DNA of 64,000 nucleotides from Gekko japonicus (taxonomy: Eukaryota). This document shows, in pieces, positions 52,158 through 64,000 of this stretch. A model generated the notes under the pieces. That model was given only the letters and a program-made list of their open reading frames with translations. It was not told the DNA's origin and made no database searches. The position numbers and the translations under genes were made by a program. The stretch is from assembly GCF_001447785.1 (NCBI RefSeq), contig NW_015172015.1, positions 122,185-186,184 on the forward strand, in the 5' to 3' direction. Positions within the stretch are counted from its first letter, which is position 1; each line of letters starts with the position of its first letter.

Positions 52158-52419
52158 TTAACTGGTTACGGTAAGTGCCTTTCGATGAAAACCACTCAAG
52201 GCGATTCCAGCTACAAAAGGCAAGAACATCCAATGCACAAGATACTTGAAGGACTGGAAGATTCCTCTGCATCACACAGGTCTGAATCACCACATACATC
52301 CTACTGGCCCTTCCTGCCATCCTTCTACTCTTGACACTGCAGCGAGAAGACCATTTAGGTAACTAATCTGAGGGTGCAGGAAACTTTCATAATCTTCAAA
52401 GAATGTAGATTTCAGATTA

Positions 52420-52665
<246 letters not shown>

Positions 52666-53080
52666 CTATAAAGGAGATGCTATCTCATTTAATTAACTGG
52701 ACAAGCTGCTGCTGAGCCAGGAGAAGCATCCTAAAGAACAGAAAACTCATCTTCCCCAACAATAGTTGCCCATATATACCATGCTCACCAGCCTGAAAAT
52801 AAGCAGCTTCATCCTATAGACTGTTTCCATCCAAAGGTCAGCCATAACTAAAGCAGAGCCTCCCAAACACCAGCTGTAAATGGATTCAACTTGTTGACCA
52901 GTTACGGATTTGAACAAACCAGCCTGGAAGTGAGTGGCTCTGATGACATTCTGGAGACCGGAAGGGTCTCTATGAAGCCTCAGGGCAGAACTACTGCAGT
53001 CCTGTGACAATCTAGCCCCTGCTAGTATGGTTTCTGCACTTTTACCAGTAAGTCCCCTTACTTAAAGAAAGAGCACATAC

Positions 53081-53302
53081 ATAAGCGGGTCCACTGCCAC
53101 TCAGTCCAGTGACAGCATCAATCAGGTCTTCTTCCACCTCAGTGCAGTAGCCGACGCTGGCCATCAGCTGTTCTAAGAGCTTCCCATCTTCCACTTCAGC
53201 ATGTGTCCCTGTAGCGTAAACTGTGGCCCCTTCTCGTACAATCACTGGTGTGTTGGTCATGCATCTGATTACTTTTGGAGTGGAGCAGAAGGCAGAAAGT
53301 TT
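53081..53302 (-). CDS. PYCR1: PYCR1 coding exon 4
   Basis: KLSAF...VIRCMTNTP...[13 protein letters not shown]; 222 nt; AAG acceptor, GTATGT donor. Confidence 0.96.
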
Positions 53303-53454
53303 CTTGAGATGCAAAAGTAGGAAAAACAAATTAACATTTTACATACAATTTACATCTAAAATGAACTCTTACACAGCAAGCTCTCAAAAGGCAGAAAAAA
53401 TGCAAGGTGAGATAATTCCCCACCACCACAATTATTCAGTGTAGAATCCCCATT

Positions 53455-53610
53455 AAGAAGAAGAGGAGATTGGATTTATACCCTGCCCTTCACTCGGAGT
53501 CTCAGAGCAGCTTACAAACTCCTTTCCCTTCCCCTCCCCACAACAAACACCCTGTGAGGTAGGTGGCACTGAGAGAGCTCTGACAGAAACTGCTCTTTTT
53601 CAAGAACAGC
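53455..53610 (-). mobile_element. SINE 3' half (Squam3-like)
   Basis: Matches 48230-48385. Confidence 0.8.
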
Positions 53611-54902
53611 TAGATGCATAAAACTATGCCTTTATTTATTGAATGCAACTATTATGCAACAACCTGTTTGATATTACTATTGTGTCCACTGTCTCCACTG
53701 AGGCTTTATTATCATAATCAAGCAACAGCAATGGAAAGAGGGAAGCCAAAACATATCAAGCTTCTATAATATTCAACATGTGAATGAGTTGTGTGAACAC
53801 ACCTTCAGGGAAGACCCAATACATGGCAGAACCATCCTCAGACCCATCACATAAAGCTTCCCCCTCACCAATGACACCTTTGTGGGCTGAGCCCTAGTAA
53901 ATATTAGCCTGATTTTTATCAGGGAGCTGGAGATCAGATGCCAGCAGCTGAAGTGCTTTTTCTCTGAGACACTAGTATAAATGAAGGGACACGAAGGATC
54001 TACAGCTAGTCCAGTTCTGGAGATATGTTCCCCCCCTGGACTATGGCAGAACAGCCAGTAACCATGAGTATAAAGTTGTAAATGAATGGCTGTTAATATC
54101 AATACCATCCCACAACAAATGAATCCTATTGTTTGTGGAGTGGTATGTAAGAGCTCTACCTTTAAACTTAACTGGGAAATATGCTTCTTTAGCCAGTAGA
54201 AGAAAAGAGTCTGATGTCCAGAGATGCTATTTCCAAATACAGAATAGATTCTCTAAATTAGGTCTATTTCTACTTGGGGGAAAACTGGTATCTACGGTAT
54301 CAGAGAAGTGGAGAAAGGGCTTGAGGGTGCCTCATTCAAAATGGGGTAGTCTTTCAGCACGAAGAATAGACTCCATTGACTTCAAGACCACAACTGCAAA
54401 CAACTTCAGACTTAGGGAAAGCTTCTGTAAGGCTGAATCTTGGACTCTGCACTATTTCATTTTCAGGAAACCATTCCTGGCATGCAAGAATTACTGCAAA
54501 CGTCTTCGGCATTCCAGCCACCTGGCTGGATAAATGAATCTAGTGAAATGACTTTTAGGATTTGTGATTGGTGGTGCTGTGGTAGAGGGATGGGGGTTGA
54601 TTTCTGAAGCAAGATGAATGGAAGGGTGAGCAGTATAGAACCCTTCCCTCTGTGATTCCTCTCCTCAGTTCAGCTCCACCAAAGGACATGATATGGGTCT
54701 GGGGAAGAATTCTGCACTCCTCTCCCACATATCCTTTTTGCTCCTACAACTGAACACACAGCCCCCTCCCTTTGTGTGTTTAAACATATAGAACTGCTGC
54801 CACCTTACTCCTTCGGCTCCCAAAGGCAGTTTGTTGACTACCCACTATTCACCCTCAATGTAACATGAATGGATTTGTCAGGCAGGCCTTATAGATTCTC
54901 AC

Positions 54903-55082
54903 CTTCTCAATAGACCTGATAGTGACACCAGCAGCACATGAGACCACGATGTGCCGATCCTCTATGTCCGAGCCAATTTCATCCAGAATAAATGGAATAA
55001 TGGGAGGTTTCACAGCCAAAAATAGGACATCGCTGTTTTTAACTGTCTCTTTGTTACTTATGGTGAAATTCACACCCATTTT
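54903..55082 (-). CDS. PYCR1: PYCR1 coding exon 3
   Basis: KMGVNF...DVLFLAVKP...[15 protein letters not shown]; 180 nt. Confidence 0.96.
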
Positions 55083-56226
55083 CTAGGGGGAGAACCACAA
55101 ATATACAATTGAAAACAACCGGTGAAATGTTCCTTGAACTCTGTTTAAAAAGCACAGGCGGGAGGATTTAGATAGGGGATTTCAGCCAAGAACTGGGTAC
55201 AATACTGTTTACTTGGTATGCAGAAACCAGGCAAGCTCAACACACACCATGTCAGTGACCATCAAGGTCACAGGACTTTGCCATTTAAATATTAAATGGG
55301 CACAACATGCAGGAGGCAGAGCTGGAGGTTAAATCCTCACACAAGTTCAGCAACTCAAGACTTTAGATACTGGATGAGATCAATTAGTTTCCAAGTGCCC
55401 GCCTCAAAGTTACAAACTAGGACCAACCCACACATTGTATACAGAAACAGACACAGCCCAATAGAAGTTTTTAGCTTGAAAAGTTGCTTTGGGAAGAGTC
55501 AGTTAACTGTTGATACGCTGTGGGTTGGGCAAGGACGTGTGTAAACTTTTCCTCCTGAGCAGTCCCTCCCCACAACCCTTGCAGAAATCTGCCAGGGGAC
55601 AAAGCCACTTGGAGTAAGCAGGGAAACAGAAAGTGACACAAAATATTACAAACTCCCTCCAACCCATTGATTCTAAGCGATCAATAGCCCACTCCCAAAG
55701 CATCTTTAACACTAAAAGAGCTGCAGTTATACACATTTGCATATAATATACTTTAGCTCTAGTTTCTGTTTTTCTTGTTCTGTCCATAGTTGAAGAATAC
55801 GAAGAGCCACTGCCAGTCATAGAAGGCACTACTGACCTTGATAGACCAATAGTATTATTCTGTATAAGGCAGCCCTGAGTGTTTGTTTATGCACATCCAT
55901 TCATTCTCGAGTGGAGATCTTTCATATCACCTACTACCTCATCCTTTTAGGTGGATATGTCAGGGATTGAACCTTGGACTTTATATATGCAAAGTAGATG
56001 CTGTACCACTGAGCCACAGCTCCTACCCATGTCAATGGCCATGTCCCACTTCAGCGGGAATTTCAGCCCCCAAAACAGAGATAGTGAATTAAAAAGACAG
56101 CTGGTGCAAATAAATCAAGACATGTATTTCATAACTAGGGGATTTATTTTATTTATCAGATTTCTACCCCGCCCTCCCAGGGGATGGGTAAGAGGCATTT
56201 TAGATTTTACAGGATCCAAAACCTAC

Positions 56227-56297
56227 CCTCATCCCTGCCACTGTTGGGAGATCAGTGTCTGGTGAACTTGCTGTGATCTTATGAGCAGCCAAGATCC
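56227..56297 (-). CDS. PYCR1: PYCR1 coding exon 2
   Basis: (G)ILAAHKITASSPDTDLPTVAGMR; 71 nt; canonical splice sites. Confidence 0.94.
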
Positions 56298-57551
56298 CTG
56301 GAGGGGGAAAAAAGAAATCTTCAGTTTTGGTTTGGGACTTTCAACTATTATTCTAGTATTATCACCTCTCTGCTTTGTACTTTCTCTTCTCAGCACATCC
56401 TTTACTCTTCTCAGCACATCCTTTACACAAGATTGTTTGTGGAAACACTGGTTGTGTTACCCCTCACCTTAAGAAACCCAGCTAATTCAGGGAGGGGGGT
56501 GTCCCTCCACCTTTACAACTGAAAAATGGTTCTATCACTATAAAGGAAAAACATACCAATAAGTAAATGCCTAGAAAACATGCCATAAACATTTATCTCA
56601 GAAAATCTTTATACTTCTTTATGAGAAGACACAAACTGTATTTTGCAATGTTTGTGGGTTTTCTGTAGTCAGAGGTGTATTCTTTTGGGGTTTAGCTGTA
56701 TTGCTTCATTTCTTGTGAATCTTCTCATGAGGAGATAGCAATCATTTTTTCCTTGGGTCCATGTTAACTGTAAGGCAGCCCTGTAAGCCCTTTTTTGGGC
56801 CTTTTCCCAAGTTCTTGTTGCAGTAGTTACTACAACCTGACCATTTCAGCACATGAAGGTTAATATGAACACACGCTCACAATGCATACCTCCTATTTTT
56901 GCTTCTCAGCAATTAGCATTTTGCCAACAATGCATATACTTCATTCTGGAACAAGTTATTCTGGAGAGGGTGGTGATTTATCAAGGATACCATTATGGCT
57001 GGAATTTCATTACAAACCAACCTAGCACACATATGTACACTTTAAAATCAAGTATAAGATTAACCCAAGGCTTGCATCTGACTCTTGCAGAATACTAGCA
57101 AAAAGAGCTCCTTTCAAGCACCAGAGTCAAGTTCTGCTCATTAATGTGGTATCCAGAACACTCCAGGGTCACACTAGCTGACAGGCAGAAAGGCATACAC
57201 AAATAGGTACCGCTTCAGTGGGACGATAACAGCATTCCATGTGCCTTAGTTTAGTCATGCCAGCCACATGACCACGGAAATGTCTTCGGACAGCGCTGGC
57301 TCTTCAGCTTGGAAATGGAGATGAGCACCACCCCCTAGGGTCTGATTTGACTGGCTCTCGAACAAAGGAAACCTTTACTAGAACAAGTTTTAATCCTGTT
57401 TAGACAAATATACTTTCATCTCCGCGGGGAGGGCGGGGTATAAACTGAAATATATAAATAAATAAATCTGCAAAAATCCCACTGAAAGTGGTCTTTGCAG
57501 TCAGTATTTAACACCAAAACCTTACTTATGGGCACCCTGGTCCCTGCCTAC

Positions 57552-57618
57552 CTGCTGCAGTAAAGCCCCTGGCCAGAGAGAAGGCAAGCTGTCCAGCACC
57601 GATGAACCCCACACTCAT
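57552..57618 (-). CDS. PYCR1: Pyrroline-5-carboxylate reductase 1, coding exon 1
   Basis: MSVGFIGAGQLAFSLARGFTAA(G), Rossmann glycine-rich loop; ACCATG context; donor GTAGGC; synteny with MAFG and SIRT7 indicates PYCR1. Confidence 0.95.
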
Positions 57619-57844
57619 GGTTTCAACAACTGGGGGATGAAGAGGATAAGAAAAGAAAGTTTCACTGTTAAATTTCGATACTATCACACAGTTTTTAATG
57701 TCATCACCGTTCAGTCATCTGGTACTTTCCACCCTTCTCCTGCCCCATTTTGCTCCCCATTGTTTCTTCCGTTCTTTCCAGATGAATACTAAAGGCCCCA
57801 ACCCGCCTCTCTTTCTTCAGCTACTTTTTTTCTCGATCTGATAC

Positions 57845-58350
57845 CTTTCCTGGTTTGCACACTCCGTCTGTTTCGGCAGCCTCCCCTTAGGACCAAGATG
57901 CTCTCCTGAGCACAAACCTGATGCCGCCCACGTGGCTTGTTCGGCAAGAAAAAAAACGATCAAACGTGGTATTGCCTGGCCAAGTATCAGAGCGTTAACA
58001 ACGCAGCCAATCAGAACACTAGGGGGTGTAGGCACGCTCTCATCTCGTTCTATCGGATACTAAGAAGGCGGAACTCGACCGCTATGCCAGCTTGCAATTG
58101 GCGCAACCTTTATTTGTGGTTGCATCATTCGATACCTAGACGGAGGCCGTGAGGGTTCTAGTCCGTCGCTTCTTCTTTTTTTGTTTTACCACGTGTCCTC
58201 AGCAGGTTATGAGTATAACCCCGGCGTTTCCGACAGCATATGGCGTGGGCAATCATGTCTTTCCTTTTAGTACACCCCTGCTGTGGACCTTGTTGAGAAC
58301 TGTAGTCTTGCGTGGTCGTTTATAAGTACCTGAAACGTTGGCGGTAGGAG
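57845..58350 (-). promoter_or_regulatory. PYCR1 promoter / non-coding exon 1 region
   Basis: CpG-enriched; donor-like GAAAG|GTATCA at 57845/57844; CACGTG at 57929 and 58190; CCAAT near 58007; C/EBP-ATF element GTTGCATCA at 58119-58127. Confidence 0.7.
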
Positions 58351-58589
58351 CAGAAATTGCGATAAGGTACAAGGACAGTGTATACTTTTTTTACAACGAG
58401 AGGTGGCTGGTGAGACTGGAGGCTATCTAGAAACCAAATCTAAAATAGAAGTTTTATGGCACCTTATCTTGATTTATTTGGTACGTTTTTACACACACAC
58501 CCCGTTTCCTCCAACGAACGCAAAATAACTGTTTTACCCTCCCAACAGTCCTTTGGGGTGAAAGTAAAAGACGGATCCTCTAGTTTTTT

Positions 58590-60330
58590 TTTAACAGAAC
58601 CTCCCACAATCCAACATCAAATTACATGTGAAAGCCAGGGTTACAGATTGAGCCATAAAAAACACATTGATCCCTTTGCCGCACATCAGTAATGCAAAAC
58701 ATGGATACCAGGTATGGTGCCTCATAAACTCATATGATTTCTTTCATTGATGCAAAACATAAACACCATTGCATGGTAACTCATCTCGTGGTCAATAGGA
58801 AGTAAAGCAGTGTAAAATTAACACATCCACTGCTTTGTGGAACTTCCATGGTGTACAAAAAATATGGATCTGAGGCAAGAGTCAACATGGATTGTAATGA
58901 TTTTTGCATGAGGACACCCAAAACTCCTAATCAAATCACATATGGCCACAGACTGAACCAAAAAACCACTGATCCATTATTTTGTGGCGCCATCATGGTG
59001 CAAAAACATGGATCCAAAGCACAGAACTTGATGGAACCCCGTGATTTTAAAGAAGGGGCACCAAAAGCTCACCATCACATATCCTGCAATGGCACAGACT
59101 GAACCACAGAAATGACTCACCCCTTTGTGGCACCTCTTATCGAAGAAAAAAACCAACCATGGAGCCAGACCACAGATCCTCATAGATCTGCATGGCTTCT
59201 ATGTGGGATTATCCCAAATTCACCATCAAATCACTCATCACATCCATGGCCACAGACTACATCACAAAAAAAATTGTGGCACCACCATATGGCAAGGACA
59301 TTTAGGTTTCCAACCTCCAGGTGGTGGCTGGAGATCTCTTGCTGTTACAATTTATCTCCAACTGATAAAAAGTAGTTCACTGGGAGAAAATGGCCACTTT
59401 GGAGGGTGGACTCTAGGGCATTATAGCCTGCTGAGGTCCCTCCCCTTCCCAAACCCCAACTTTCCCAGGTTTCATCCTCCCAAATTTCCAGGTATTTTTC
59501 AACCCAGAGCTGGAAACTCTAAAAAACATGGATTTCTGTGGGGCTTTTTAAAGATAAAGGTTCCCTTGCTCAAAAGCCAGTCAAGTCCGACTCTAGGGTT
59601 GCAGTGCTCATCTCCGTTTCCAAACTGAAGAGCCAGCGCTGTCCGAAGACGTTTCCGTGACCATGTGGCCGGCATGATTAAACACCAAGGCGCACGGAAC
59701 GCTGTTACCTTCCCACTGAAGATCTAGTTGTAATTTCTTGCTTTCGAACTGCTAGGTTGGCAGGAGCTGGAAGAGACGGGAGCTCACTCTGTCATGTGGC
59801 ACACTCGGGTCTCGAACTGCTGAACTACCCACCTTCCACAGCCTGCAGTTCAGCGTCTTAACCACTTAACCCCAAATTCCCTATCATATCCATGGCTACA
59901 GACAGCACCACAAAAAAACGCAGATTAGGAGTGATTTCATAGTGAGTTTTGGGTGACCCAGATAAAAATCATGAGGATCCATGTTTTGGAACTGTGGTAG
60001 TGCCACAAAATACCTGAGTGGATTTTTTTGTTTCCAGTCTGTGGCCATGGCCATGATTTGTGATGTGATGCTGAGTTTATTGTGATTCCAAATGGAAATC
60101 GTGAGGGTCCATAATATTTTTGTGCAATGGTGGCACCACAAACCAGTGGATCTGTGATTTCTGTGGTACAATCTGTGGCTATGGATGTGATGTGTAATTT
60201 GAATGTGAGTTTGGGGTGACCCTACATAAAAAAAACATGAGGATCCGTGCCTTGGATCCATGTTTTTGCCCCATAGGGTAGTGTAGTGGATCGGTGATTT
60301 TTGTTGTACAGTTTTTAGACCAAGATATAA
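58590..60330. repeat. Degenerate ~150-bp tandem array with an orientation switch
   Basis: GGCCACAGACT and CATGGATCC-like motifs recur every ~150 bp, then appear as reverse complements after ~59925. Confidence 0.65.
59553..59866 (-). mobile_element. Sauria SINE
   Basis: tRNA-like head, GTCATGCCGGCCACATGACC-like core, GGAACCTTT end. Confidence 0.8.
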
Positions 60331-61435
60331 TCTAGAATATGGTGGTGGTTTTATTCTGTTTCAGCGTAAAAATCATATTAATTCACAATAATCCATTTAA
60401 AATAATCTAGAGCTGACTCTTACCAGTCCCATCCTTTGAGACAGGTTAGGCTGAAAGAGAGTGACTGGCCCAGTGAGTTTCAGGGCAAGAGCGAGAATTT
60501 GAACCTGGGCCTCCCAGGGCCTAGTCTGACACTATACCAGGTGTCTTGAAACTTTTGTGTACTAGAGCCCACTTTATCTAGCCTATCAAAAGCTTATGCA
60601 ATACATCTTTTGATTTTTTTATGTGCCACAAGATTGCTTTTATTGCAAGGAGCAATGGGGTTAACCCCACCCCCTGCTTTTCTCCTTAACTGCGGATGAA
60701 TGCAGAACTTAGTTCTCACATCTGTTTGTTAATTCTTGTGTTTGTATGCTAATTTGCTGCCATTCACAGGCCTTACCAACTGCTTTAATCCAATCTCAGC
60801 TATACTTATTGCCCAGGTAATTATGCATCTTGACTCTAACTAGGCCTTCCTGGCAACTAACCAGCCTCCCCTACCTATATGTAAGGCTTGAGGAAATCTG
60901 TTTCACTGTTATCTGAAGAAATGTACATGCACACCAAAGCTTATACCCAGCATTAAACTTTGTTGGTCCTAAAGGTGCCCCTGGACTCAAGCTTTGTTCT
61001 GTTGCTTCAGACCAACATGGCTGCCCACCTGAATCTATTTCCACATATTAAGCCTCTGTTAAAACTAAAGGGAGGACATTTTTCCTCCAGGCTGTTGGTA
61101 ACCCTGTGTAGCTTGCATCCTGTCACTCTGCCTTGTTGTATCTGGGGGTTCCCATGAGCCCCTTGCTGTACATAACCAGTCATTCAAGAAGAGAAGAGTG
61201 ATATATTTAAACGATTCAGTAGGTACTTGTGCAGATTGTTTAAGCAATACAAAAGAAACTGTTTGCCATAGTGAGGCCCATTTCATATGGGTCTTTAAAC
61301 CCGCTTCGGCTTCCATAGGCAGTCTTTTTTAAAGGTTTTATACACCTTAAAGATAAAGTGCAAAACACCCAAAACTGAATCAATTCAGTTTTTAGAAAAT
61401 CTGGATTAAAACCACATTAACTGTGAGAGAACAGT

Positions 61436-62313
61436 GTTGTTGTTCAGTCGCACAGTCGAGTCCGACTCTTCGCGACCCCATGGACCAGATCACGCCAGGC
61501 CCTCCTGTCTTCCGCCATCCTCTGAAGTTTGCTCAATTTCATGTTCGTTGCATCTATGACACTGTCTAACCATCTCATCCTTTGCCGTCCCCGTCTTCTT
61601 TGACCTTCAATCTTTCCCAGCATCAGGGACTTCTCCAGTGAGTGCTCCCTTCTCATTTGGTGGCCAAAGTATTTGAGCTTCAGTTTCATTATCTGGCCTT
61701 CCAGGGAACAGTCAGGGTTGATTTCTTTTAGGATTGACTGATTTGATCTTCTTGCAGTCCAAGGGACTCTCAAGAGTCTTCTCCAGCACCATAGTTCAAA
61801 AGAATCTATTCTTCGGCGCTCGGCCTTCCTTATAGTCCAACTCTCGCAGCCATACATGACTACTGGGAATACCATTGCTTTGACCATGCGGACTTTTGTT
61901 GGCAGGGAGATGTCTCTACTTTTTATCATGCTGTTTAGGTTTGCCATCGCTTTCCTCCCAAGGAGCAGGCGTCTTTTAATTTCATGGCTGCTGTCACAGT
62001 CTGCGGTGATCTGGGATCCCAGGAACGTGAAGTCTGTCACTACATCCACAACTTCCCCTTCTATTTGCCAAGGAGTGATGGGGCCGGATGCCATGATCTT
62101 AGTTTTTTTGATGTTGAGCTTCAAGCCCACTTTTGCGCTCTCCTCTTTTACCCTGTGCAAGATTAGGTCCTCTTCACTTTCTGCCATTAGAGTGGTATCG
62201 TCTGCATATCTGAGGTTGTTGATCTTTTCCCCAGCAATCTTAATTCCCGCTTGTGATTCATCTAGGCCAGCATTTCGCATGATATACTCTGCATATATAT
62301 TAAATAAGCAAGG
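61436..62313 (-). mobile_element. 5'-truncated RTE-BovB LINE
   Basis: 278-aa ORF nearly identical to the C-terminus of the 36-39 kb copy; (CAA)n tail. Confidence 0.95.
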
Positions 62314-62869
62314 CGTATTCTATCCTTAAAGCAGTATTCTATCCTTAATGCGTGGGAACCCTTTTCATTTATTTACTTATTTATTTTATTGATTTCTATC
62401 CCACCCATTCCGACCTAGGATGGCTCAGGGCGGCTCACAACAAGCAGATTAAAGCCAAAGCAGATTAAAGGAGCCCATGTGAAAGGGACCTGACATGATG
62501 ATATACATTGCAAGCAGTATATCCCCTCTTTCAAACTGATGGCTCTCTAAAGGAACAGCTAAAGTTCCAAGGAAGGAGACTGAGAAATCCCTCTGCAGTT
62601 TGGTGCCATTGCTGAACTCCTTCCTGTAATCAAAACCAACTGTTTCATATCCTGACCGTCGTGAATATGGTCAACAATTTTTTCTTTCATTCTTTTTGAT
62701 CATGATTCAAATATCTTTAAACTGTTAACACATCTCCTTTAAATTATCTTGGCTAAACTAGACTATCCCACTGTCCTTCTACCCTCACTCACTTTTATAA
62801 CTTACCTTCAGTACATCATGCCTCATCTTTCATGACTTATCAGTCCTAAGCGGAGTGTTGTTATTACTT

Positions 62870-63095
62870 AAGAAGAGAAGACAATGTTGGATCAGGCCAA
62901 TGGCCCATCCAGTCCAACAATGTCACACAGTGGCCCAAAATACCAGGTGCCATCAGGAGGTCCACCAGTGGGAGTCAGGACATTAGAAGTCCTCCCACTG
63001 TTGCCCCCCCCCCAGCACCAAGAATACAGAGCATCACTTGCCCCAGAGTCCCTATCTATACCTTGTGGCTAATAGCCACTGATGGACCTCTGCTC
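62870..63095 (-). mobile_element. CR1 3' fragment
   Basis: Reverse complement of roughly 5570-5790. Confidence 0.85.
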
Positions 63096-63174
63096 TTCCT
63101 GACTCTTGGAAACAGTTTCAGACTAAAAATTTCAGAACATAGATCTGAAATTTAAAAAGATGTTTTATATGATA

Positions 63175-63390
63175 ATTGCAGGGTTCTGCAAGGTTCCATC
63201 TTGTCCCCTATGCTTTTCAACGTTTACATAAAGCTGCTGGAGAGGTCATCTAGAGATATAGGCTGAGTTGCCACTAATAAACAGAGGACACTCAGCTCTA
63301 TTTTGTGCTTCCAGCAGACCGTAGGGAGGCTGTGAAAATTGTGAATAGGTGCCTGGAGATAGTTGTGGAATGGATGAGGGCTAGCGTACT
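63175..63390 (+). mobile_element. Old L2 RT fragment
   Basis: Degenerate QGSILSPMLFNVY...DTQLY coding pattern. Confidence 0.6.
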
Positions 63391-63485
63391 AAAAGGCCAA
63401 CTCAACACCTACCTACCTCTGTGATTCTTCAAAAAGAAAGGGAAGGGGGTTTGAATCCAAGCCCACACAGACATCTGAGTGCAAT

Positions 63486-64000
63486 TGGAGTGTAAATGGG
63501 GTCCAGAGAAACAGAGTTCAAAAATAAAGAGAGAGAAATAAATAATAAGAACATGATGGAGCCCCATGACTGTAATTGCCACGATGAAAAAGAGTCAGGC
63601 AGGAATCAGTTCTCTGATTGCAAGGCAGGGATTTTAACTTTGAGCTAAACCCTTTGCTTGAGAAAAAAGGTATAGGAATTCTGGTGACAATAAGTAAGCC
63701 TGAAATATTCTATAAATTCCACTGGACGACTGAGAGGGGATAAGTAAGCTTAAGTGACAACTTACTTTTATGTTGAATGGCCGTGGATCAGTTTTGAGCT
63801 TCAAGGACCAGTCCAGAGTATTTCAAAGACTGTGCCTTGCAGAGGAAAGTTGATGCCTTGATTGTGTGGCTCAAAAAGGTGCCACTGGAGTGTGAATGGG
63901 GTCCAGAAAACAGAATTCAAAAATAGGGAGAGAAATAAATAATAAGAACATGATGGAGCCCTATGACTGTAATTGCCATGAGAAAAAAGAGCCCAGCAAG
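63486..64000. repeat. Direct repeat with 400-bp spacing, running off the window
   Basis: TGGAGTGT.AATGGGGTCCAG...CATGATGGAGCCC.ATGACTGTAATTGCCA at 63486 and 63886. Confidence 0.75.

Noticed and set aside
53303-53305. AAG acceptor in PYCR1
   Set aside because: Uncommon but normal 3' splice site; exon length and phase match expectation
56383-56425. 21-bp tandem duplication upstream of a PYCR1 exon
   Set aside because: Ordinary slippage duplication, outside the core splice signals
58590-60330. Regularly spaced repeats as a CRISPR-like array
   Set aside because: Eukaryotic locus; whole units are degenerate homologues with no unique spacers, and there are no cas genes

Overview
Vertebrate genomic DNA, almost certainly squamate and probably gecko given the repeat content (Sauria SINE, Squam3-like SINE, BovB, L2, CR1, Penelope-like fragments). 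It holds the conserved SIRT7-MAFG-PYCR1 block (human 17q25.3 order), all on the minus strand: SIRT7 coding exons 1-8 (3' end outside the window), MAFG (two coding exons, long 3' UTR, CpG-island promoter beside a 129-N gap) and complete PYCR1 (7 coding exons, 313 aa). Most notable observations: (1) MAFG has a net 22-nt loss in the leucine zipper that creates an in-frame U_UUU_UUA slippery heptamer, whose -1 frame is the native MAFG frame and would give a zipper exactly one heptad shorter; an assembly error must be excluded first. (2) Penelope-type minimal hammerhead ribozyme motifs, one with an intact core in PYCR1 intron 6. (3) An ORF1-only, HAL1-like L1 element with a 16-bp TSD nested in an L2. 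(4) Three identical ARE sites plus a perfect T-MARE in MAFG intron 1. (5) A GC-AG intron in SIRT7. (6) A full-length BovB with TSDs and two visible inactivating changes. Exon boundaries were read by hand; repeat boundaries and family names are approximate, and no database searches were run.
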